Sequence record: NC_007623.1 | Reading direction: 5' to 3' (one strand) | Length of the DNA: 64,000 nt | Shown here: piece by piece, positions 47,677 to 56,916 of the stretch | How positions within the stretch are numbered: the stretch's first letter is position 1 | Layout of the letters: each line of letters starts with the position of its first letter | The notes under the pieces: model-generated | Seen by the model: only the letters and a program-made list of their open reading frames with translations | The model's database searches: none | What the model was told of the DNA's origin: nothing | Position numbers and translations under genes: made by a program

Positions 47677-48948
47677 ATGCTAACGTGTTTTGGAAAGAAA
47701 TACGTGTTGTCTACAACCAACACGGTTTACAATGTCACCGATAAGACAGATGTTCCAGTCCATCGGATGACAGACGGGAATACGTTCTTCATCGCACGGG
47801 GCGATGAAAACGAACTGGTTAAGATCAAACTGGGGTTAATGATCCTCCATGGAGAAGGAAAGTTCCATCTTCCTCTCTCTGAATGGGAACAGGTGAAAGT
47901 AGGTTTTCTGGATGACGATACAGGAAACTTTGCAGCGGATAACCTTTACTTGGTCTATCCTGAAGAGGGCATCCCTTACCCTGAACTCTCTGGGTACTAC
48001 TACATCCCTGGGTTTGAACTCAACGCAATCAACCGAGACGGTGTGGTATACCGAACAGTTAGAAAGAATCTTTACCCACCGTATCTGGGTGGTAACACCG
48101 TTCCTAACAGTTTCTACCCCTTTGTTCGACTGGATGTGGTCAGTGGGGATGAACGCAAGTATGTCCACCGGCTACTGGCGGAGACCTTCGGTAAGCCGCC
48201 TAAGGGCTACCCCAAGCTACTGGTCGACCATAATGACGGTAACAAGATGAACTTCAAGCTCTTTAACTTGATTTGGGTTACCGCTAAGGACAACTCCTTC
48301 AAAGCGTACAACAATCAAGAAGCGAGAGCGGACAATAATCCCTTGGAGGTTTTTGACAGGGAATTAGGTCAAGTCTTTAAGTACGTCAGTCAAAATGAGT
48401 TTGCGAGAACCATGGAGGTGGATTCTTGGTGCATTAGTCTGGTACTCAAACGTCCTCGTTCAGTGTACAAGAACAGGTACGTTCTTCGTCGGAAGGGAGA
48501 TACACGTGACTTCCAAGAGATCTGGGACTATAAGCCCCCTGTGGGTAAGAAGATCCTTGCCCGGAATGTCTTCACCGGTGAAATCACGGTGTATAATTCA
48601 TTGGCGGAGGCCTCTAGAGCAACACAGGTAGGGACAACAGGCATCCTGACGTCCCTGAGTAACACCAACCCGAGATCCGCCTTTAAAGACCTTCAATTCA
48701 AGCGGGAGTCTGACGAGACCCCTTGGCCTGATTTGAATGAATACGAACTGGAATGCATCCGGCGCAAGATGCACCCTGCTACAGCTGTGTATGAAATGTT
48801 TGATTCGGTAACCCAGGAGACGTCGATTGTGTATGGCGTTGATGCAGTTACCCGAATCACCGGAGCCAATCCCCGTACCGTTATCGTTTGCGCACGAGAA
48901 GGTAAGTTGCTCCATTCCCGTTATCGTTTCAAGAAACTTACACGTTAA
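47677..48948 (+). CDS. intron-encoded HNH homing endonuclease with NUMOD1/IENR1-like repeats
   Basis: VHRLLAETF...VDHNDGNKMNFKLFNLIWVTAKDN; three C-terminal repeats such as VYNSLAEASRATQV. Confidence 0.92.
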   Translation: MLTCFGKKYVLSTTNTVYNVTDKTDVPVHRMTDGNTFFIARGDENELVKIKLGLMILHGEGKFHLPLSEWEQVKVGFLDDDTGNFAADNLYLVYPEEGIPYPELSGYYYIPGFELNAINRDGVVYRTVRKNLYPPYLGGNTVPNSFYPFVRLDVVSGDERKYVHRLLAETFGKPPKGYPKLLVDHNDGNKMNFKLFNLIWVTAKDNSFKAYNNQEARADNNPLEVFDRELGQVFKYVSQNEFARTMEVDSWCISLVLKRPRSVYKNRYVLRRKGDTRDFQEIWDYKPPVGKKILARNVFTGEITVYNSLAEASRATQVGTTGILTSLSNTNPRSAFKDLQFKRESDETPWPDLNEYELECIRRKMHPATAVYEMFDSVTQETSIVYGVDAVTRITGANPRTVIVCAREGKLLHSRYRFKKLTR

Positions 48949-49363
48949 CGAGTTTATATCCATCACTTAGTCCGGCTAGGCACGAAAGTCCTAGACCGTA
49001 TTCCTCTGAATTGCTGGGAGTTCACAAAAGTCTGTTGGCTACAACGTAACTGGAAACAGTAAGCGTGAATGCGACCGAAAGGTAGAAAGAACAACAGACC
49101 TGACCTACGCTAACCAATAACGCTAAGGGTCGTAAACAAGGGACAATCAGCCGCTAAGACGCTACCGGGTATTAAACCCTATGCGTAAAGTTCAACGACT
49201 AAGGGAGTTATGACCCTGTACACCTACCAAGGAAGGGGGTGGAAGTGGAGGAGACCTAAGGGGGAATAGACCTATTCCCTACGGTCAAGATATAGTCTGG
49301 CCCTGTTTAATAAACAGGCAGGCACCTGAGTGTGCCGGGTCCTAGTACGGACTGACCACCGCG

Positions 49364-49546
49364 GGCGATCAATTGTCGAGCCATTCTGTTGTAGCGGAAG
49401 ACAGCAAACAACAGGCCTACGAACTCTTTGGGAAACGGGAGTATTACATCAGTGGTACGGGTCGGTTTTTGTACGATCCGATCAATGAACCGATTCTCTT
49501 TATGTTTAAAGCAGCGACGAGCGGCTTAGAGGATATTGAGGTATGA
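49364..49546 (+). CDS. rpoC: virion RNAP beta-prime N-terminal subunit, exon 2 (60 aa, absent from the ORF track)
   Basis: Reads GDQLSSHSVVAEDSKQQAYELFGKREYYISGTGRFLYDPINEPILFMFKAATSGLEDIEV*; completes DHDGD; stop overlaps the next ATG (ATGA). Confidence 0.9.
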   Translation, partial: GDQLSSHSVVAEDSKQQAYELFGKREYYISGTGRFLYDPINEPILFMFKAATSGLEDIEV

Positions 49547-52500
49547 GCAATCCAATTACGTATTCCGAGTTCTTTAAGCACTTTGTGCTGCGTAAGAAAC
49601 AAGACGTTGTAAACCCTAAAGTCCTGGGTATTGGTGAAGTGATCCTTCCTAAGGGGAGTTTACTGCACTTCGTACCGAAGACGATTAACGAAAAGGGACC
49701 GGGTAGTAGTGAAGCGTTTATCAGTAACTTCCCTAAAGAGGTCTTTATTGAGTTTGTAAGGGACGGGTATAAGCCGGTGATGGGGCATGGGCGGACAGTC
49801 GCCTATGACTACCCTAAGGCGGTTAAGGCGTACCGGGCGAGTCACTACATGTACAGCTGGGTGCGAGAGATCAGCACGGTGTACAACAAAGAGAACGTGT
49901 TGGTCGTTAAGAACTACGGGATGATTCCTCAGGGGTTCGTTTACCGTCCGAGTATTTTCGTGAATTATGAAAAATACTACAACATGATGCACCTGCTCAT
50001 TGAGAACATCAATGCAGAAGCCGAGAAAGGGGTGCGTCGGCAGTATATGCGGATTGACCTGCCGTTGAACCTGCCGTCCCTGGTTGAGCTTGAGAAAGAC
50101 TACGGACGGTTTATTGATGGGTTTAATGATGGGCATCCTGTCCTGATGCGCAATATGTTGGAGAGTACGAAGGCTGAGAACTGCTATTGGCTGTTGGACC
50201 TACTGGGGTTCCTGTTTGGCCAGTATTCGTTCAGTTTGTTCGGTAAACTCACCGACCAGGCGTATAAGGATTTGCATATCCTCTTTACGTCACAAAGTAA
50301 AGTCATTGTAGTACAACTGGGGCTGTTGAAGGGTTGGTTAGATGAAACAAATCCTAAAGACGAGAAAACCTACCCCTCTGCTCGGAAAGAGTTTGAAAGT
50401 CTGAAGACATTGACCCGCCATAATGCGGTTAAACGTTTCTATTTGGCTTTGATGAATCTTTCTCGTGGAGGCGTTCCTGAGAATGTACTCATTAAAGAGG
50501 AAACGAAAAATGTCATCCCAATTGCCGGAGAGAAAGGTACCGTTGACCAAGTGGCTGCGGGAACGTCACGAGAAGAAGAAGAAGAAACATCCAATCTTCC
50601 AGAAACCCGAGACCATACTGGCTCGGGCACGGTTCCCCGTGCTGATCGTCCTGCTGGTTCTATCCTTGATGTTTTCAGCCGAAGTGAAGGACCTGGCGAG
50701 GCACATGACGAAGAGCAAGACACAGCGGGAGAACGAGGTGCTGATTCAAATCTTGAAGAGTGGACATCGCCGGTAGATGATGAACTGCTGGAGGTGGAGA
50801 AAGTCCAAACCGAGATCAATACCAACAAGAATGTGTTTAAGACGCCTGAGAGTGGTGTAAAGCGGGCGTTGGAGGAGCGGGCTAAGGAAGGTACGCTGAC
50901 GGTGGCTGAACATGATTTCTTCATGCGTAAAGCGACCCGTTATCAGCACATTGAGATGGAGAACGGTCAAACGTTCGAAGAGTTCATTCAGATCAAACCC
51001 GAAGAGGTTAAAGACCTGGGTGGAGAGATTGAAGGTGAGTTTCTCCCCGTACTGGATGAGAGCATGTTGCGGAGTCGTGCCAAATCCCTCAAGATCGAAT
51101 ATCCTCAGAAGTTTTTACACCGGGATATTGGTCGAATGGTGTTGGGTCTTCAGAACGCTGGCTTTGCGATGAACGACTACCGGCGTGAGAAGGTCGTCAG
51201 CGTAGAAGGCAGTTACGAGGTCCACAGCATTCAGTTACACGAAGTCAATGGTGATCAGGTCACTGTACATACTCGGTTGCCTACGGTGCTGAAAGACGGC
51301 ACCTACGTCATTGATGGTGTTAAGCAACACATGCAACTGCAACGTCGGGAGAAACCTTTCCGGAAGATCAGTCCTCGGGAAGTGGTGCTGTCGAGCTATT
51401 ACGACCGTAAGCTCATGGTGAGTCGTAGTCCGAAGATGGTGGATAACCTCTCTACGTTCATGGTGAAGCAAATCTCCCTCCAGAGTAAGCGGAAAGGGTA
51501 TACGGTCACTAAAGGCAGTACGTGGGATCGCTCCCTTAAAGCCCCCCGGATTTACAGCATTCTGGCTCGTCAGTACAAGTACATTACTGTCGACGGGTTG
51601 GTATTGGACTTCCGGTTGAAGGATCTCCTGGAACTCCACCCTGAGTTCAAAGCCTATACCCGCCCTGATCGGTTCTTGATTGGGGTAAAAGACGGATTAC
51701 CTTTGATCATTGATGATTACGGTAACCTGTACAAAGGGGAAGAGGAACTCGGTACTGTTGAAGACTTGCTCGGTATTGATGTTCGTAAAGCGCCTTTGGA
51801 ACACGTGGTGATTAACATCAGCGGGTATTCGTTTCCGTTGGGAGTGGTCCTGTGCTTCTACTTCGGTATTGATGAACTGTTGCGGGTGATTAAAGCCACG
51901 ACGCGTTCGGTACCCGTAGGGACTCGCCCTAAATTGACGGAGGATGAATACGCGATTCAGTTCAATGACGAATACTTGATCTTTAACCGTCGGGAGAAGC
52001 TCACCACGTTGATCTTCGGTGGAATGCCGAAGTTGAACAACATCAGTAACTTCAGTCGGAGTGATTTGAATAATAACAGTATTTGGAGTGCGTTAATGGG
52101 AGACCCTCGGGTTCGCCCATCTCAGTTCCAGGAAATGAAGAACCTCTTCGATCTCTTTATCGATCCCATTACGAAAGACCTCTTGAAAGAGATGAAGCTG
52201 TCTGAAGACTTCCATTACTTGCTGATTGATGCGGCTAAGGCATTGGAAACGGATTACAGTCGACACGAGGTGGAGATTGAAGAGCAACGCATTGTAGGGT
52301 ATGAACGCTTCGCGGGTCATCTCTACACGGAATTTGTAAAGTCCATTCGTCAATACCGGAATAAGGGGAAAGGACGTAAACACAAACTGGACTTTAATCC
52401 GGACGCGGTTATTATTGCCATTGGTACTGACCGGTCTACGAACTTGGTGGAGGAAGTGAATCCAGTTCACCAAGTGAAGGACCAAGAGGAAGTGACGTTT

Positions 52501-52743
52501 GGGGGTACGGGTGGTCGTAGTGAAATCACCATGGTCAAACGCGCACGGACTCAGCTGGAGAGTTACAAAGGGGTCATCAGTGAAGCCAACAAGGACAGTG
52601 GTAAAGTGGGGTATGTGACCTACACCACCTCTGATCCGGGTATCGCTGATTTCCGAGGCAATGTTGATCCCAAGAACAAACGTACTCCTACCGGTGACGG
52701 TTCGGTAACTATGAACCTGATGTACGGTGGAACGCATGACGAT
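49543..52743 (+). CDS. rpoB: virion RNA polymerase beta N-terminal subunit, exon 1 (phiKZ gp178-like)
   Basis: VIDGVKQHMQLQ, EVNPVHQV...VTFGGTGGR, SEANKDSGKVG; ends in GTHDD. Confidence 0.92.
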
Positions 52744-53158
52744 TGAGCTGTTGTGAAAACAATAGATCACTCAGTCCAACCAGGGAGTAATCCCTTGTTG
52801 CCATTACCTTTAATTGCGGGAACCTACTGAGAGCCTTATCTACCAAACCCGAGCAGGAAACCAACGGGTGGCCAACCATAACGGGTTGGGGACGGTAATA
52901 ACGATAAGGATTGGGGAACCCTACGCAGCGAAGCACCTACGTATTGTCGAGAGGACAAGATAGGGTGAACGTTCAACGACTACGGATGAAATTTCCGGTA
53001 GAGGTGTCAGGATGATACTTCCAAAAGTAAGGTTGCCCTGTATGCTTGAGGTGTGAATAACACTGAGTACAGGGATGAAATATAGTCTCGTCATCTAAGG
53101 GAAAACCTTAGAGCGTGGTGCTACGCGCACCGGCGGATAGGATATCCGTGAAGAAACG
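52744..53158 (+). mobile_element. ORF-less group I intron (415 nt)
   Basis: P1 ACGAU/GUUGU; P AATTGCGGGAA 52812, R GTTCAACGACTAC 52971, S GAAATATAGTCT 53077; terminal G 53158. Confidence 0.93.
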
Positions 53159-54277
53159 GTCAAACGAGCAGTATTCACATCGACTCAGGCCTCTCAAGCA
53201 GTGATGGCTAAGAACTACGAGATCGTTACCCTGAGAACGGGTTACGAGAATGTACTGGCTCACCGGACCTCTGACCTCTACAGCAAAGTAGCCGCTGAAG
53301 ATGGTAAGGTCACTAAAGTGGAGAACGATCGCTTACTCGTCGAATACAAGGACGGAACAACGGACTCGTATCCCTTGGGGTTGGTGATTGGGGAAGCCAG
53401 TGGGGAATATCATCCCCACAGCCGTACCACAGATCTGAAGGTCGGAGATACCTTCCGTAAGGGAGATGTCATCGGTTGGGATGAAAACTGGTTCGGTCGA
53501 GATCCCTTCTGCCCAGGGCAAGTCGGGGTTAAGATGGGTAAAATGTGCCAGATCGTTATGGTGGAAGATCAGGATGTGTACGAGGACTCTATTGCAATTT
53601 CGAAAGAATTGGCGATGGAAGCACGTACCCCATTCATTAAACCCAGTCGGTTTGCCGAGGACGTGTCAAACAACCTGGTAATGCGGGTTAAGGTAGGAGA
53701 TTACGTCGAACAGGACACGATTTTATGTGATATCGAAGAGCCTCACTTGGTGGAGGGCGAGGAGCTTCCTGAGCTCGAAGCAGACATCAACAAACTCGGT
53801 ATCAAACAGATCCGTTCGAAGCATCATGGAAAGATCGTACACATCGATGTTCGGTACAACTCTCCCTTAGACAAGATGTCTGACTCGTTCCGTTCGTTCA
53901 TTGTTCAGAAGGATAAGGAAACGAAACGGAAAGGGTTGGTGGAAGGAACCGGTGTCGAGAACAATGCCATTTCCACGATGTTCAATCTTAATCGTCCCAT
54001 GTTAGGTCCAGGTAAGGCGTTCATTACGTTCTACATCGAGTCGTTAGACCCGAGTACCAATGCGGATAAGTATGTCATTGGGAACCAGATGAAAGCCACT
54101 GTGGGTCGTATCATGGAAAGACCGCTTAAGACCGCCAGTGGGATTGTCATTGATGTGAAGTCGAGCTTTAAAGGGATGTTTAACCGAATGGTGCTCAGTT
54201 TGAGGAACAAGCTGGTTGCTAACGAGTATGGTTACCAAATCACTCGCCAGGCCATTAAACTCTACAGAGGTAAATAA
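53159..54277 (+). CDS. rpoB: virion RNA polymerase beta N-terminal subunit, exon 2 (372 aa)
   Basis: Starts VKRAVFTSTQASQAV, in frame with track ORF 53201; EDSIAIS, VKVGDYV, DKYVIGNQMKATVG correspond to bacterial beta motifs. Confidence 0.92.
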   Translation, partial: VKRAVFTSTQASQAVMAKNYEIVTLRTGYENVLAHRTSDLYSKVAAEDGKVTKVENDRLLVEYKDGTTDSYPLGLVIGEASGEYHPHSRTTDLKVGDTFRKGDVIGWDENWFGRDPFCPGQVGVKMGKMCQIVMVEDQDVYEDSIAISKELAMEARTPFIKPSRFAEDVSNNLVMRVKVGDYVEQDTILCDIEEPHLVEGEELPELEADINKLGIKQIRSKHHGKIVHIDVRYNSPLDKMSDSFRSFIVQKDKETKRKGLVEGTGVENNAISTMFNLNRPMLGPGKAFITFYIESLDPSTNADKYVIGNQMKATVGRIMERPLKTASGIVIDVKSSFKGMFNRMVLSLRNKLVANEYGYQITRQAIKLYRGK

Positions 54278-54279
54278 CG

Positions 54280-55158
54280 ATGAACTTCCGGACGAAGAAC
54301 GGTTACCGAGACCTGCAAGCGTTGGTTAAGGAACTGGGTCTTTATACCGGGCAGATTGACGGTGTGTGGGGGAAGGGAACTTCCTCCTCCACTGAAACCC
54401 TGCTCCGGGGGTATGCCGAGGTGGTGGGTAAGAATACCGGAGGTATCGGTCTCCCCACCACCTCGGATGCCAGTGGTTATAACGTCATTACAGCGCTCCA
54501 GCGTAATCTGGCCTTCTTGGGTCTCTATTCCCTGACTGTGGATGGTATTTGGGGGAATGGGACCTTGAGTGGCTTGGATAAGGCATTCGAGGTGTACAAG
54601 GAGCGTTACCGCACGCCGACCTACGACATTGCGTGGAGCGGTAAAGTCAGTCCTGCCTTTACGGCGAAAGTGAAGGATTGGTGCGGCGTTCATGTGCCGA
54701 ATCACCGAGCTCCTCATTGGCTGATGGCCTGTATGGCTTTTGAGACCGGCCAGACATTCAGCCCGTCTATTAAGAATGCGGCGGGTTCTGAAGCGTATGG
54801 GTTGATTCAATTCATGAGCCCAGCCGCCAATGATTTGAATGTTCCGTTGAGTGTGATTCGATCTATGGATCAGCTGACTCAATTGGACCTGGTCTTTAAG
54901 TACTTCGAAATGTGGATGAAACGGGGTAAGCGTTATACCCAGCTGGAAGATTTCTATTTGACGATCTTCCATCCGGCCTCAGTAGGTAAGAAGGCTGATG
55001 AAGTCCTCTTCCTTCAGGGGAGTAAAGCGTATCTCCAGAACAAGGGGTTCGATGTAGATAAGGATGGTAAGATCACCCTGGGTGAAATTTCTTCTACATT
55101 GTACACCACGTATTACAAAGGTCTGTTGCCTGAAAATCGTCACGTTATTTCGTATTGA
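54280..55158 (+). CDS. modular endolysin (peptidoglycan-binding plus lytic transglycosylase-like domain; resembles EL188)
   Basis: Two DGxWGxGT PG-binding repeats; catalytic AFETG and AYGLIQFM. Confidence 0.93.
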   Translation: MNFRTKNGYRDLQALVKELGLYTGQIDGVWGKGTSSSTETLLRGYAEVVGKNTGGIGLPTTSDASGYNVITALQRNLAFLGLYSLTVDGIWGNGTLSGLDKAFEVYKERYRTPTYDIAWSGKVSPAFTAKVKDWCGVHVPNHRAPHWLMACMAFETGQTFSPSIKNAAGSEAYGLIQFMSPAANDLNVPLSVIRSMDQLTQLDLVFKYFEMWMKRGKRYTQLEDFYLTIFHPASVGKKADEVLFLQGSKAYLQNKGFDVDKDGKITLGEISSTLYTTYYKGLLPENRHVISY

Positions 55159-55189
55159 TTCACCTTCTTTTCCGTAGGAGAGTTTCCCT

Positions 55190-55366
55190 GTGAAAGCAGA
55201 ACTAATCAACAATGTCATTGCACTGGCGAATACCGCGGAGTTCGTTAAACAGACGATCCGTAAGGTAGGGCTGGAGTACATTGCGCCGCTGGATCCCAGT
55301 ATTCAGGCTGAGAAGATCAGCAAGGCCCTCACGAAGCGTGTTGTTAAACAAGGAGCGAACCAATGA
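55190..55366 (+). CDS. small hypothetical protein (58 aa), below the track cutoff
   Basis: AGGAG RBS, GTG start, TGA overlapping the next ATG. Confidence 0.7.
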   Translation: MKAELINNVIALANTAEFVKQTIRKVGLEYIAPLDPSIQAEKISKALTKRVVKQGANQ

Positions 55367-56913
55367 TCAGTAAGGACAGCCTGGCGTTGGCAGAGAACAT
55401 CGCCGTCGCGCTCCCTGAAGGCACTGTAGTCCCATCCACCCCGATCCTTCAGGGGTTGAATACCCTGAGTTATGGGGCGTTCCCGTACGAGGAGGACTTC
55501 CGGGATAAGGTGGTTGAAGTGACTTCCGAGATCACGGAGCATTCGGCAGCGATTGAGGCGGGGAGTGACAAAGCCGCTGAGACCATCCGCGGTGCGTTCG
55601 AGATGGTGAAGTCCTACGGCGTCCCGATGGCGGACGCCATCCAGGAGAAAGTGGGTCTGCTGTACAGCCGAGGTGATCTGAACTGGGCGTCGTTGCGTCA
55701 TTTCAATATCACGTACATCAATGTCTCGGATCCGTTCTTTGACTCGGCTATTTATCCTACTGAAGTCAAGAACAAGGCGTTGTCGTTTGACAGTGTGGGT
55801 CTGGATGTCCTGAAACGGTTGGAGTTTGAATTCGCAACGGAACAGGAGATCCGGGATTACGTGGCAACGTCTCACCCAGAGATTAATGCCATCCTGGATT
55901 CCAAACTCGAAGACATCGTGTACGCGTTCTACGCGATTACGATGCTGGCCGATCTCAAATCCCTTTTCCACTACAAGGGTGAGGCGACCTTTGACTTCAC
56001 GCGTGTGAAATCGGTACGCCTTAACCTGCTGCTGAAGACCTACGTGATCTTGACGAAGATGTACAGTCAGGAAGACCCGGCGTTCCTGGTTAAGGGGTCG
56101 TTGGAGGATTACCGGGAGTATATCAACCTGCTGTGGAATGGGATGACCCATTACCTCATTGCGTTGAAGAACACGGTTCAACTTTACCGTAACCGTAAAG
56201 CGGCTATCTACGAGGCTGAAGCCTCTAAGTTGGTGGACTTTAAACCAGTTGATGCCCTGGACGTTACCGTTAAGGGATTGAGTGGTAATGTCGTCGTGTA
56301 TTACAGTGATGAGGTCCTCAAGACAGTAACCGGTAATGGGGGGAGTTTGAACGACTGTGTGATCGCCTCGATCTATGGGCGTCTCACCGGTCGTCCGAAT
56401 GGCTTCCTGGACCTCATCAATAACCCTGACCTGGTTAAAGACTTGACGGCTAACTACTTCGAGGGTATTCACCGTCCACTGAACCAAGATGCCCGTAAAC
56501 ATTTCATTAACAACAGTGTTGGGGCTATTGTTCAGTTCCTGAATGAACGGGAAGAAGCTCGGGCGGCGTTGTATGAGCATTTGGATGCAGAAGGGTCTTC
56601 GGTCCGTACCCTCATTGAAGAGAACCTGAGCGGTGACCTGGACGTTCTCTACACCCTCTACGAGAACGACGTCCGCAAGAGCAGTGGCGTTGAACCTGTG
56701 AGCATGGAGATTGAGGCTCAACGGGCGAAAGAGGTCATCTTCCAAACCAAACTCGTCCCTAACTTCTTGAAGTTGTTGGGGTGTGAACTGGCTGCGGAGA
56801 TCATTGAGCTGACCTTTGTTAAGCTCGGTGAGGAAGACAACCTCAACAGCAAGCGTGAACGCCTCCATGGGGCGTTGATTGAACTGCTGGTGGGTGAACT
56901 GCTGGGAGTTTAA
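55363..56913 (+). CDS. probable head protein (516 aa; phiKZ gp177-like by synteny)
   Basis: AAGGAG RBS; precedes the protease in the phiKZ-type cluster. Confidence 0.7.
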   Translation: MISKDSLALAENIAVALPEGTVVPSTPILQGLNTLSYGAFPYEEDFRDKVVEVTSEITEHSAAIEAGSDKAAETIRGAFEMVKSYGVPMADAIQEKVGLLYSRGDLNWASLRHFNITYINVSDPFFDSAIYPTEVKNKALSFDSVGLDVLKRLEFEFATEQEIRDYVATSHPEINAILDSKLEDIVYAFYAITMLADLKSLFHYKGEATFDFTRVKSVRLNLLLKTYVILTKMYSQEDPAFLVKGSLEDYREYINLLWNGMTHYLIALKNTVQLYRNRKAAIYEAEASKLVDFKPVDALDVTVKGLSGNVVVYYSDEVLKTVTGNGGSLNDCVIASIYGRLTGRPNGFLDLINNPDLVKDLTANYFEGIHRPLNQDARKHFINNSVGAIVQFLNEREEARAALYEHLDAEGSSVRTLIEENLSGDLDVLYTLYENDVRKSSGVEPVSMEIEAQRAKEVIFQTKLVPNFLKLLGCELAAEIIELTFVKLGEEDNLNSKRERLHGALIELLVGELLGV

Positions 56914-56916
56914 TGA

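Larger units (their letters stand above)
47592..49363 (+). mobile_element. group I intron (1772 nt) carrying an HNH homing endonuclease
   Basis: U at the 5' splice site with P1 U-G pair; P AATTGCTGGGAG 49009, Q AATCAGCCGC 49145, R GTTCAACGACTA 49190, S AAGATATAGTCT 49287; terminal G 49363. Confidence 0.93.

Noticed and set aside
52709-52936. 75-aa minus-strand ORF inside intron 2 as a homing endonuclease remnant
   Set aside because: Antisense to the ribozyme core and has no nuclease motif
46149-54277. Fragmented RNAP ORFs as pseudogenes or sequencing errors
   Set aside because: The breaks coincide with complete group I intron cores and precise U/G splice junctions that restore catalytic motifs
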